From Pavona decussata (Eukaryota): DNA of 64,000 nucleotides. Below are positions 1-11,366 of the stretch, piece by piece. Location of the stretch: contig CDRNST010000115.1 in the NCBI GenBank assembly GCA_977016875.1, positions 248,001-312,000 of the forward strand, written 5' to 3'. The notes under the pieces are model-generated. The model had not been told where the DNA came from. It ran no database searches and saw nothing but the letters and a program-made list of their open reading frames with translations. A program made the translations under genes and the position numbers. Within the stretch, counting starts at the first letter, position 1. Each line of letters begins with the position of its first letter.

Positions 1-11
1 AATTCGTAGCC

Positions 12-839
12 ATGTATCTGTTCATCAAAGTGAAGGGGTCACGTCCTATGACTTATCAATATTTGATGGTGGACATGATTGATGCAGCTAAGAAAAAGGG
101 TGGATTCATTGATCAGAAAACGTTCAAGACTGCCGGAAAGTATGGATTTGATTCTTTGACTCTTTCCGACGCAAACATGCAAGTGCTCAATGGCTATATC
201 TCGTACGTTAGACCTTTGCTTAAACCCAAGTGTGATTTCGTTCTCGTCAACAGAAATGGAGGCCAGCATGGTAAATTGGGCGAGATCATGAGCAAACTGG
301 TGTTTGATGCAATTGGAAAGTACATCCATCCCACGCGTTATCGCCAAATTGTTGAAACGCAGAGCCTCAACCAGCTCACTAGCGAAGAGCAGAGGATTTT
401 GTCGGAAGACCAAAAACACAGCTCTGCCGTTGCTAAAGTTCACTATCAAAAACAACGATCCCGAGAAGTTGCTTTGAAGGGTCACGAGTGCCTACAGAAA
501 CTACAAGGCGCCAAGGGGTCAGAAGTGGACGAGGACGTCAACGCAAGACTCGGCGATTCAACTTCCACCGCCGGGCCTTCTGTTGAACCAGTGGAAAATG
601 TCAACACCTCCCCCAAAAAGGACGCCCTGCCTAAAAGAATCTTGCGCTCTCAGAGGAACATTCGTCATGTTTTGAAATTCACAGCAGAAGAGGACTATTT
701 TCTAAAGGAAGGAATAACTAAGCACGGATTTGGACAGTGTACAGCGATATTGAGAGATCTAGATTTCAGGTTTCAGGAGGGTAGAACTGCCGATTCTCTT
801 AAGAAAAGGGCTGCCACGAAAATGCCGTTGAGCGAATAA
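12..839 (+). CDS. Tyrosine recombinase catalytic domain fused to a C-terminal Myb/SANT (TRF/telobox-like) domain; N-terminus probably lies upstream of the window
   Basis: Catalytic residues in order: R (GSRPM), K (FKT), HxxR (HPTR), H (QKHS), Y (KVHY). The C-terminal FTAEEDYFLKEGITKHGFGQCTAIL...RTADSLKKRA resembles the TRF Myb motif W..EE...L..GV.KYG.G.W..I...RT...LKDRW. The frame is open back to the window start. Confidence 0.8.
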   Translation: MYLFIKVKGSRPMTYQYLMVDMIDAAKKKGGFIDQKTFKTAGKYGFDSLTLSDANMQVLNGYISYVRPLLKPKCDFVLVNRNGGQHGKLGEIMSKLVFDAIGKYIHPTRYRQIVETQSLNQLTSEEQRILSEDQKHSSAVAKVHYQKQRSREVALKGHECLQKLQGAKGSEVDEDVNARLGDSTSTAGPSVEPVENVNTSPKKDALPKRILRSQRNIRHVLKFTAEEDYFLKEGITKHGFGQCTAILRDLDFRFQEGRTADSLKKRAATKMPLSE

Positions 840-1105
840 AACAACAACAAAAACACTGCAAATGTAGTCAACGACGCAACCTTCATTTTAATTCTCTCTA
901 TGTCTCTCTTTTGTTTTTTTTTCAATGGCCATTTTCTATCACCATTCACAAACACACTGATGTATATAATGTAATAATAATTTTTTCAAGTCGACCTAGC
1001 TTAACCGTACATGTTCCAGTTCCAACCGTGTGTGTAATTACCCAAAAACAAACTCTAGCATTCATTTTACATTTTCGCTGTGTTTCGGTGTTTCTCTATA
1101 TCTAA

Positions 1106-3499
1106 CTACTGGCTAAAATAGCTCAGAATTGTTTTGCGTGGCTTCTTGTTCCTGACTAGAGTTAGTTCTCCAGACGTGGGTCTTTTTCGCGAAGTACTGG
1201 TCCGCATGAGGTCCTCTGAAATGGCAAGATCGTGCATGGTAGACGAAGTTGGTGTAGTTGCATCGCAGGGGCTTAGCTGCGTACTCGGGGCGGGCGTGAT
1301 GAACATTTCCTCGTCACTGCTGTCTCCGCACTGAGGTGGAACATCCTGCGATACAGCTGTGTTGCTTCTGTAGCCCGAGGAAGATGCTTCGTTGCCATCT
1401 CTTCCGGTCCGGATCGACTGGCACACATCCTCTGCAATGGGCAGGCACTGGAAGAGGCTGGTGACAAGATGCCTGTGTTCTTTCTTCAGTAGGCCCAGGG
1501 CAACAGACGATCGCTTCCTCTGGTCCAAGGCCAACTGGCAACCGGCCGTTCCGTGATTCTGGTGGAATTGTCTCAGCTTGTCTTGCAGGACCTCGCGGTA
1601 GGCCTCCGTGGACGCCCTCCTCTCCCGACTCAGGGCTGATCCCTGTAGTGTCCTGGCGAGCTCGTGAAGTTCGTGCTCCGTCTGTTGTAACCAGGGTGTT
1701 TGAAATGCAGCAAGTGCTCTCTCTCGCCTTGTCTTCAAGTCTTCCCGAAGGGTCTGTTGCCTGAAGGCAGCCAAGTCCTCGCTGATTTGCGTGGGCATGG
1801 GTTCCAATGCATCCCTCGGAAGCAGCGCCACATGTTCGCTTGCGACGCCCATCGACAGGAGATTTCGCTGTCTGTGTCGGTACACCGTCTCCTCTGCCTG
1901 CCTCTGTCTTTCCCGCTGGTCGAGTCGTGCTTGCAACATGACGGAAACTTGGCGGTGGCGGAGTGACCTCTGAGAGCTCTGCTCCATAATTCTCCTTAAT
2001 GCACCGATGGTCTGGTCGTCTTGACTTGAGTCCAAGTCCTCCTGAGTGTTTTCTATTGCACCGCTCTGTGCACCCGCCTCGACAGTTGGGCAATCGCGCT
2101 CATCTAGGACATTGTCCAAGCACAACGTGCGAAGCTCTTCCTTTTCCGTCGCTCCCAGTACATCATCGTCCGCGCTATCTTCGTCACTTAGCTCATCCTC
2201 GGTGGCTGATGCCACGCACCTACTGGCTTGTGCTGCTGCCCACACAATGCACTCCATTGGGTGTCTTCTTAGCCATTTGGCGGCTCCTTTCTTTGGATGC
2301 GGGAGACTCTTGAAGTTGTAATTTCGAAGCCTGCGGTCCATTGCGGGTTGGTCTTCAGGCTTGAACTGCAATTTCGTTTGTGCCGTCAACAGCATGGGGC
2401 AGCGGTTGATAAAGGACTTTGCGGTCTGGTACTTAACGTCGCATGCGGTGTAGCCCCCTTGGGTCAAGATCTTCCAGTCGTCGATGTCCATGCTTGACGG
2501 CGAGGCCTCGTCAATGAAGACCACTTCGGTGGATTTTGTGATCATGGCCTTGTTGAATACCCTTTGCTTTGTGATAGTCGCTATGTTGGTGTGGTGCACA
2601 AGCCCGAGGATAGGATGGAAAAGGCTGGTTTTGCCGCTATTTGCATCACCAGTCAGGCACTGTACTCTATCCTTGTGGCCTTTCTTGTTAAAGTTTAGAA
2701 GCTTCAAGAAATCCTCACAAAATTCACTAATTTCCACTTCTGAGAGGCTGTTCTCTAGAATTTCTTTGAAGTATTTGGGGTCAGGCTCTTCACCCTGATC
2801 GTACTTCGTGAAAGCTCTCGGGGTGATGATGCCGATCTTTTCATCCGGAATCGGGTTCTGCACAAAACACCTCTCCTTGATGGACCAGCAGTATCCGCCA
2901 TTTACTTCGATCAGATTGTAATCGATGGAGATAGGACGCACCACCTCGCAGTCTGGGTCCGAAAGTATGTCAATTATTTTTCTCATGTCCTTAAGCAGTC
3001 AGAACTCGTTTGCTGCCAGGCTATTTATGAATGCGCGGACTTCGCACTTGTAAGCGTAAGTGTACATGGCCGAGGGAAGTTTCTTGTAAACTTTTCCACA
3101 AAAGAGGGCGTATTCCATTTTCTTCATCGCGATTCCTATGTCATTTACGAGCACAGTCAATTTATCCGCCAGTCTTGCTTCTTCGTCTGCACTTTGCCTG
3201 CTGTCCTCTTGAAAACCAAACATATCAATTTCCAACTTTGCATCTTGAAGCTTTGTGATGGACAACCGCAACGTGAAGCTGAAAGTCGAATTTGTGAGCC
3301 AGACTCTGGTCACCTTCTCTGTTCCACAATCTTGCGAGTCCATCAAGTTCCCTTCACCCAGCACACTTTCCATCTCATTTCGGAAGCAATGTTCATACGA
3401 AGAGTTCACTAGTTCCTGGATCATGGGATTTTTGTGATCTTTTAAGACCTTGAATAGTTCTTTCATGACAGCCGACTCCTTGCCCTCATAACAGGGTAC
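1106..3499 (-). CDS. SF3 (D5/primase-associated type) helicase, main exon, with one in-frame stop at 2999-3001
   Basis: Walker A GDANSGKT, Walker B VVFIDE, motif C-like MLLTAQ, and arginine-finger-like AMDRR. ORFs 2999-3466 and 1106-2986 are in the same frame (..AAC GAG TTC TGA CTG CTT AAG GAC ATG..). A candidate acceptor ttcgcAG sits at 3501-3500. Confidence 0.8.
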
Positions 3500-3808
3500 C
3501 TGCGAATAGAATTATTGCAAATCCATCAATTTGGTTTTATGGAACTGTTAGAAGATTAAGTGTGTTGACTAATTTTTCTGTTTGGAAATGTCTCGAAATA
3601 TTGAATAGTGACTTTGAATGGTCCAACTCGATCATAACTCATTTCTAAACGATGGATTTTCGTGATTTTTTTTTTTTTGTTATGTCCAAATGGTAATCAG
3701 CAATACGCCATTAAAACGGAGAGAAAACATGGCCTCAGTTCGAAATATACTACCCATCTCATCATACAGTGCTTTCAAGAAACGCTGTTAAAATAAACAT
3801 TCACATAC

Positions 3809-4119
3809 CTGTTGTGCCATAGTCTCCACGCCGCATTCCAAGAGTGCACGGTGAATGACAATAGGGTTTGCCGGGGCACCATTTGGAGTAGTTAAGGCTA
3901 TCCAGTAGTTGATGGATGGGCATAATTTGCCATTGATGATTGTTTGATGTTCAGAAATCCAATCTTGACTTGCAGCGCTTGCTGCTTGACTGGATGTCAA
4001 TACTTCGTCATTGTTTTCATCGCTTGCATATTCCTCTGCAGTGGCTCCCTTTTTTCCTCGGCTTTTTCTGGGACCTTGGGCACCGATAGCGCCAAAGAAA
4101 AATGCGACGTTTTTCACTC
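3809..4119 (-). CDS. Probable upstream exon of the helicase gene
   Basis: Open frame bounded by a polypyrimidine acceptor (tttcttaacAG, 4121-4120) and a donor CAG|GTATGT at 3808. Confidence 0.45.
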
Positions 4120-4659
4120 CTGTTAAGAAAAAAACCGACCATTTTTAAGCAACAAGACCTTTTAAAATTCAAAGACAAGATGGTCATCAGATATGCAGAT
4201 TCTTACCACAAATTGCCTTATCGCAAACATCTCTTGTCTTACACACGTTGTTCCAGGCTTTCTGTAGGCCTCCTTCGTCTATTTTACAAACACATTGAGC
4301 TTTCACTATCCTACACTTCCCAACGATGATGGGGCTAATGAAGCATAAAGCTGAGCTCTTTATGGCCTGGCTGTTGAGTTGTCTACAAGGATATTTTGTC
4401 TTGTTCATGTTCAGTGTAGTGATTTCTTCCCAGAGTAGGCCCCTATTTTATACGAAAATTTATTTGTGATAATCACGAGGAATATATTTAAAAGTCAAAG
4501 GAAACTGATAGAAGTGTTTGATTTGAGGTACAAATGAAAAATGCCACGTCCCTGTCGTGTTTAGTGTAATTATTTTCAGGTCTTGTTATATTGTCGCAAC
4601 AAAGAAGCCTAATTACTGGCGAAAAACCTTTGAAGTATTCAAGGTCAAGGTCGAGCTTG

Positions 4660-5831
4660 TTTTCGTAGCTCTGATGTAGATCACATAACGCAAAACAAAA
4701 CGATTGAAGAAACAGGTGTTGTTGTAGTTCGTTAGTCTCCATGATACACTGCTTCCATTATTTTCACATGATAATACGTAGCAATTAGCAGTCGAACTCT
4801 ATTGAAGCAGCCCAAGTTTAATTCCCCGTTTATTTCACATTGGTTACGGTCTTAACTATGCATCGCACATCAAGAAATAAATGTCTTGATTACTAGGTGC
4901 AGAAGTTGTTAATTGCACTTTTTCATGACAAAAGGGGTAACAATCATCTGGTACCGTCAGGGTCGTTGGTAGCCATGTTGTCACATTTCGAAAAAAAGTT
5001 GACAATGACAATTTGTCCATGAATCTAAAATCACTGGGTGAAGGTTTTTTGTCCGCAAATACTGTGAAATCCGCCCTATCTACAGTTTTCTTCGAAGAAC
5101 AAGAGCTTCCACTCTCTGACAATGTGCTAGTTTACCAGCAGAACATTTTTCACGGAACTGTTAGATAAATGTTATTTATAGTCCCTTTTCTAATTGTAAC
5201 TGTCTTCCAATGAACATTATAAGACATCTTCAGTGTAAAAGCGAAGTATTAAGTCATATTGCATTTTCATAGCTCTGATGTAGATCACAGAAGGCAAAAC
5301 AAACGATTGAAGCAACAGGTGTCGATGTAGTTCGTTAGACTCCACGACACACTGCTTCCATTACTTTCCCATGATAATAAGTATCAATCAGCAGCCGAAC
5401 TCTATTAAAGCAGCCCAAGTTCAGTTCCTTGTTTATTTCACATTGGTTACGCACTTTACTAAGCATCGCACATCAAGAAATAAATGTCTTGATTACTAGG
5501 TGCAGAAGTTGTTAATTGCACTAATTCATGACAAAAGGGGTAACAATCATCTGGTACCGTCAGGGTCGTTGTTGATCATGTCACATTTCGAAAAAAAAGT
5601 TGACAATGACAATTTGTCCATGAATCTAAAATCACTGGGTGAAGGTTGTTTTGTCCGCAAATACCGTGAAACCCGCCCTACCTACAGTTTTCTTCGAAGA
5701 GCAAGAACTTCCACTCTTTGACAATGTGCTAGTTTACAGCAGAATTTTTTTCATGGAACTGTTAGATAATTGTTGTTTATAGTCCTTTTGCTAACTGTAA
5801 CTGTCTGCCAAATGAACATTATAAGACATCT
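4660..5831. repeat. Direct duplication of about 600 bp (4660-5229 and 5264-5831)
   Basis: Long near-identical blocks. Both start tttc(g/a)tagctctgatgtagatcac and end aatgaacattataagacatc. Confidence 0.9.
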
Positions 5832-5869
5832 AAAAGAGAGGTATTAGGCCATATTGCATCAGTCATGTT

Positions 5870-6775
5870 ACGCAAAATCCGTGAAATCCACCCTAACACC
5901 ACAGTTTTTTTGCTGGTCTTTGAACTTCCAGTTTGAAGTGGCAGTTGACAGGCTGATATCTTTTTCTTAAATACGGCGGAGTTTACGGATTTCACGGATG
6001 TTTAGAATAAGCATGATTTAAAACTTCCTTCTTTAACTGCAAGGATCTTACATATCTTATAATATATTAATATATTCTCTTCTTAGATACTTACAGTTTA
6101 AAAGAGGAGTATTAAATGACATTCGAATGTATGATTTCCGTAAAATCCGTGAAATCCACCCTAAATACAGTTTTCTTGCTGGTCTTTGAACTTCCAGTTT
6201 TGAGTGGCAGTTGACAGGCTGATATCTTTTTCTAAAATACAGCGGATTTGACGGATTTCACGGATATTTGGAATATACATAATTTAATACTTCCTTTTTT
6301 ATCTGTAAGTATCTAATATATATTACATATATATGATATATTAATATATTCTCTTTAAAGATCCTTACAGTTTAAAAAAGGAGTATTAATTGTTATTTGT
6401 ATGTACAATTTCCGTAAAATCCGTGAAATCCACCCTAACTAGAGTTTTCTTGCTGCCTTTGAACTTCCAGTTTGAAGTGGCAGTTGACAGGCTGATATCT
6501 TTTTAAAAATACGGCGGATTTTATGGATTTCACGGATATTTAGAATATATGCATTATTTAATACTTCCTTTTTCAACTGCAAGTGTCTTATATGTATTGT
6601 AATATATTAACATATTCTCCTCTTAGATATTTGCAGTTTAAAAGAGGAGTATTAATTAAATAACATTTGTATGCACATTTGTACGTACAGTTTTCTTGCT
6701 GGCCTTTGAAGTTGCAGTTGACCTGCTCATTTGTTTTCTTAAATACGGCGGATTTTACGTATTTGGCGGTTTTCT
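5870..6775. repeat. Tandem array of about 270 bp (3 full units plus a partial) with internal inverted repeats
   Basis: Units start cg(c/t)aaaatccgtgaaatccaccctaa near 5871, 6138 and 6413. Each contains the inverse ggatttcacggat and an AT-rich hairpin. Confidence 0.9.
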
Positions 6776-7296
6776 GAGAGTCCCTTTCAAAAAGTGAACT
6801 TTAAACTAAGAGAGGACTGTTTCGGGCCTCTTTGTTCGTTCTCAGAGTTCCAAGGAAATCTATGAAATTGGTGCTTTTAAAATCAGCAAGCAAACTCAAC
6901 GAAAATCAAAAGCACTCCAGACGTAATGTTTGCCATCATTTCTGTCCAACTACACTGCTAGAAACAGATGAGAAACATTACGCCAAGATATTTTCCTCAA
7001 AAAATCACAGGGAACAGAANNNNNNNNNNNNNNNNNNNNNNNNNNNNNNNNNNNNNNNNNNNNNNNNNNNNNNNNNNNNNNNNNNNNNNNNNNNNNNNNN
7101 NNNNNNNNNNNNNNNNNNNNNNNNNNNNNNNNNNNNNNNNNNNNNNNNNNNNNNNNNNNNNNNNNNNNNNNNNNNNNNNNNNNNNNNNNNNNNNNNNNNN
7201 NNNNNNNNNNNNNNNNNNNNNNNNNNNNNNNNNNNNNNNNNNNNNNNNNNNNNNNNNNNNNNNNNNNNNNNNNNNNNNNNNNNNNNNNNNNNNNNN

Positions 7297-8345
7297 TGAA
7301 TCTTTCAGTTGCTTTTTAGCTTCTTCATATTTATTTAAAGTATTGGTGTCAAGGCAATTATCGTTACATATTTTCCGGTCTAGTTTGTTGATTTCATTTT
7401 GCAATTCTATTTCTCTTTGTTTTGTTTCTCTCCTTTTCTTCTTGGAGTAGGTAATAGTGGAGGCGCGAATTTCCATTTTAATCATTTCCCAAAGTAATCG
7501 TTTATTTCAAGATCTTAATACTTTTCTAAAATTTCTGGATATGTCCTGCTCACAAGTTGAAGGTAATTTTCCTCCTCCAGCAGCTGGTTGTTAAATTTCC
7601 AGGAGCCTGGGCCCCGTTTGAAATCTCCTTCAATTTCTAGAGATAAAAAAAGCCCTGTGTTCAGGGGCAATAGACGCGCGGATTTCCGCGTTTTTCACAT
7701 TAGCAGTCATTGGGTTGGAGATAAAAGAGATAATCAATTCTCAATTTCACCTTTAAGCTTTTGGACTCATAAGTGAAAGCTCTAGTGTTCGGATGAAGTT
7801 TACGATAAATATCATTTAGGCCAAATTCTTTCATAAGGCTAATGATCGAGTTTCTATATCCTGTTTCTCTCCAAGGAAGGCCACCTGCTTTATCTTTTGG
7901 CGTTAAAGTACAATTCCAATCTCCTGTGATTATTAATTTTGTAATATCTGTTTTAGCTATAGGATCAGGTACTGAATTTTTAATAAGAGTCAGTTTTTCA
8001 TTGTGCTGGTTTGGTACATAGACATTGACCACAAAAAGTTCTTAATCACCCACTTTAAGTTTAGCTATAATGTATCTACCATTTGGATCACTGTAAATAA
8101 TATGAAGGCTGAAAGGAGCGTTAGATTTCAAAAGGATACATACTCCCCTTGAGTTTTCTGACCCATGAGCAAATAAAGTTTGTCCTCCCCATTCCGCAGA
8201 CCAGATATTTTCATCCTTTTCGTTTGAGAAGGGTTCCTGAAGACAATGTAGTGTCGCCTTTTGGTTCTTTAAATATGAAAAAAATTCCTCTTCGTTTTTT
8301 TACTCGTGGATATGCTTTAGCATTCATGAGTGTTAGGGGCATTCC
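7297..8345 (-). pseudogene. Tx1/L1-type LINE ORF2 endonuclease region, frameshifted; runs into the gap
   Basis: Motifs VNVYVPN, IITGDWN, DIYRKLHP..AFTY, RIDY, GPGSWKFN, WEMIKMEIR. Confidence 0.8.
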
Positions 8346-8948
8346 GTATGCAAATGAATCACTCACTCCAGTGTAACCAGAAGTGGAATAATAGCCAATC
8401 CCACATCGGAAAGAAGCGACAGCCAGAAATACGTCTGCGATCGCAGGTTAGATTTTTGTGGGTCGCCATTGCATGGCTATTTTTTAGTGCTTTGAATGCA
8501 TTCTCGCTGCATTCTCCAACATAAGAGGCAAGTGGCTGAAGAAGTGACAAAATAGTGTTCTTCGAAGGTGAAGCAAAAGATTCTCAACAAATGCACATTG
8601 ATACAATTAATAGCGATTGTGCACCGCCTCCACTCATCGAGGCGTAAATCGGACTAACTCTTGATGTCGAAGTCGAATCGACGGTAGGTGGGAAGAGAGA
8701 AGTTTGTGACCTTTTGTAATATTCTGAGTCCATTAAACCAGCCAAAGTTAGAGAACACGACTGCTTTTAATTCTAACCGTGGACAACGTGTTTTATCCGA
8801 ACTGTTCTGCTGGAAAACTACTGGAGGAGCGGTTACAAAGCTCACAACATTCCACACTCCCCCACTAAGTCATGAAAACTATCACAATAAATCAACAACA
8901 AAATTAGCTTGCAGTTCTTTAGTGTCTCAGTCCTAATAACCTAACAAA

Positions 8949-10349
8949 TCACTTAGTAACAAAATCAGCCAAGTATCGAGGGGCGTGTCTGTTCCTGGTA
9001 GGGTAGCGTTTTTCTGGGACACCTTGGGGAGCAGACTGCACAGGCTCAATCACTGCTGCTGGGGTGTCTTGACTGCTGGTCGGAGTTTCTTCCACCTGTA
9101 ATTCTGGCTTTTCAGCTTCCACCGATGCTGGAATCAGGGCAGCTGGGACTTCCTCTTGATTAGGAATAGACGCTTGGAGAACACTGGACCGCTGTATCAG
9201 ATGGTCTTGGTGTCTTCTCAACAGTCGTCTTTACCCCAATGCCAACAAGTCTCGTTACGTAGCAACCCATGTAGTGGAGCCAACACACTTGAGAAGTTGG
9301 GCAGAAATTTCTGGTAGTAGTTTATCATGCCCAGGTACGATCTGAGCTCTGACACATTCGTAGGTGCTGGTGCATTGGTAATAGCATTGACCTTGTCTTG
9401 CAACGGTTTAATGCCTTCCTTGCTGACCTTGTGCCCCGAGTAGGTTACTTGAGGTTCCATGAACACACACTTGTTTTTCCGCAGTCTTAAGCCCGCGCTT
9501 GCTAGTCGTTTCAAGACTTCTTCCAGGTTGTTTAAGTAATCTTCGTCACAGGCTCCGCACACTAGTATGTCATCCACCCGGACGATTACATAACGAATGC
9601 TCCGCAGTAAATTCTCCATGTTCCGCTGAAATATTCCTGGTGCTGATGATATTCCGTAGGGCAGAGGGTTGTACTGGAACAATCCTTTGCGTGTGTTGAT
9701 AATGGTTTACTGTTTGGACTCTTTATCCAGTAGTAATTGCTGATAGGCCTGACTCATGTCCAGTTTAGTGAATTTTTCACCTCCTCCTAGAGTTGCAAAG
9801 AGATCTTCAACCTTCGGGATAGGGTAACTGTCCAGCTTAGACACTTGATTGACAGTTGTTTTGTAGTCTCCGCCGATACGAATGGAGCCGTCTGGTTTTA
9901 GGATAGGTACAATGCGGGCCGCCCATTCAGAGAACTGAACAGGTTCGATTGTTCCCTCATCTTGCAGCCTTTTGAGTTCAGCCTCAATCTTCCCTGTCAT
10001 GGTGGATGGCACTGGTCTCGCATTCAAGAACTTCGGTTTTGCCTCTGTTTCCACATGGATCTTCGCCCTCGGGCCTGTGAATGTTCCAAGTCTTTCTCGA
10101 AACACTTCCGAGTACTGGTCGATCAACCTTCCAAACGAAGACTCGTGGTTGTTTTCGTCAACTTGGATTGTGAACAGCTCCTTCCAGTTGAGTCTCAGAA
10201 CTCTCAACCAGTCCCTTCCCAGCAAGTTAGGCCCTGATCCTTCCACTACTAGTGTTTGCAGTTCTACTTCTTGCTTCTCATAATTTACAACACCGTTCAC
10301 AGTTCCTAAGACCTTGACTAATTCACCTGTATACGTTCGGAGCTTTACT
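8949..10349 (-). pseudogene. pol: Gypsy pol (protease/RT; RNase H and integrase core deleted)
   Basis: KLDMSQAY, LPYGISSAPGIFQ and VDDILV. The sequence jumps from WHWGK to the integrase C-terminus RRHQDHL...RYPTRNR. Confidence 0.85.
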
Positions 10350-11366
10350 TTAACGGTTCCCATTATGCGGTCGATTCTTCCCAGAATTTCCATCAATGAT
10401 TCTCTTATAGGTTTCTTCATTGATGACCGTAGCTGCAGCGCCGGTGTCCACTTCCATACTTGTCTGAACTCCGTTTAGTTGTAGGTCGACTCGATACGGT
10501 TCTCTTTCCTTTGCTGCTAGGTGAAACATCGTGTATTCTTCGCATTCTTCCTCTGCCTCTTCTGATGTCTCCAGGCGATGTGTGTTTCCAAACTTGTTGC
10601 TGTTTTGAAAACTCATTTTACGTTTACTGCGACACTTGTTCGCTTTGTGACCCTTCTTACGGCATCTATAGCACTCTTCTTCTTTATACCTGCACTTATC
10701 GGCATCATGAAACTGGCCTCCACAACGATAGCATTCTTTTGATTGCCTCGGGTTCCTTGGCAGCTGTTTTTGTTTCAGTGGCTCCTTGGTCACGCGGTGA
10801 ACTTGTGGTTTTTTCGGTTTTTCGTTCAAATTCCCTGCATTCCCGTGCTTCAGATCACGTGTATTCCTGTCGGCGGTTTCCATCGCGTTGGCTAATTCCA
10901 TCGCCTTCTTGAATTCCAGTTGACTTTCCGCCAGTAATCTCTGCTGTATGCATTCATCATTCACGCCACAAACCAGTTGATCACGAAGCATTTTCTCCAG
11001 TTGGTCATTGAATTCACAGTGCTCCGATAAATTCCTCAGTTCGGCGACATATTGTTGTATTGTTTCTCCCGGTTTTTGAAAACGGCTGTTAATTTTGAAC
11101 CGATAGACGATTGAAGAGGGTCTTGGATCTAGGTGATTCTTCACCAGGATGACTAACTCTGTAAACGACTTGTCGGTCGGCTTCCTTGGATTTACCAAAT
11201 TCCTGATTAACTTGCAAGTTTTTGCTCCACATGCGCTTAGCAGTACCGCTCGCTTCTTGTTGTTGTCCATAATTTCATTCGCCGCGAAGTAATGCTCGAG
11301 TCGTTCGGTGTACTCGATCCAGCTCTCGCTCTCGTTGTATTCCTCAATTTTCCCGATCAATGCCAT
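10350..11366 (-). CDS. gag: Gypsy gag plus protease start
   Basis: MALIGKIEEY start, two CCHC knuckles (CYRCGGQFHDADKC, CYRCRKKGHKANKC), protease motif VDTGAA. Confidence 0.85.
   Translation of the reverse strand: MALIGKIEEYNESESWIEYTERLEHYFAANEIMDNNKKRAVLLSACGAKTCKLIRNLVNPRKPTDKSFTELVILVKNHLDPRPSSIVYRFKINSRFQKPGETIQQYVAELRNLSEHCEFNDQLEKMLRDQLVCGVNDECIQQRLLAESQLEFKKAMELANAMETADRNTRDLKHGNAGNLNEKPKKPQVHRVTKEPLKQKQLPRNPRQSKECYRCGGQFHDADKCRYKEEECYRCRKKGHKANKCRSKRKMSFQNSNKFGNTHRLETSEEAEEECEEYTMFHLAAKEREPYRVDLQLNGVQTSMEVDTGAAATVINEETYKRIIDGNSGKNRPHNGNR

Noticed and set aside
1314-2093. 259-aa alternative-frame ORF within the helicase gene
   Set aside because: No recognisable motifs; plausible by chance in GC-richer coding DNA. 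An overprinted gene is not excluded.
5870-6775. Possible CRISPR-like array
   Set aside because: Whole units repeat with no unique spacers, and the context is eukaryotic.
6832-7485. ORFs spanning the N gap (likewise 56072-56290)
   Set aside because: Artefacts of translating through Ns.
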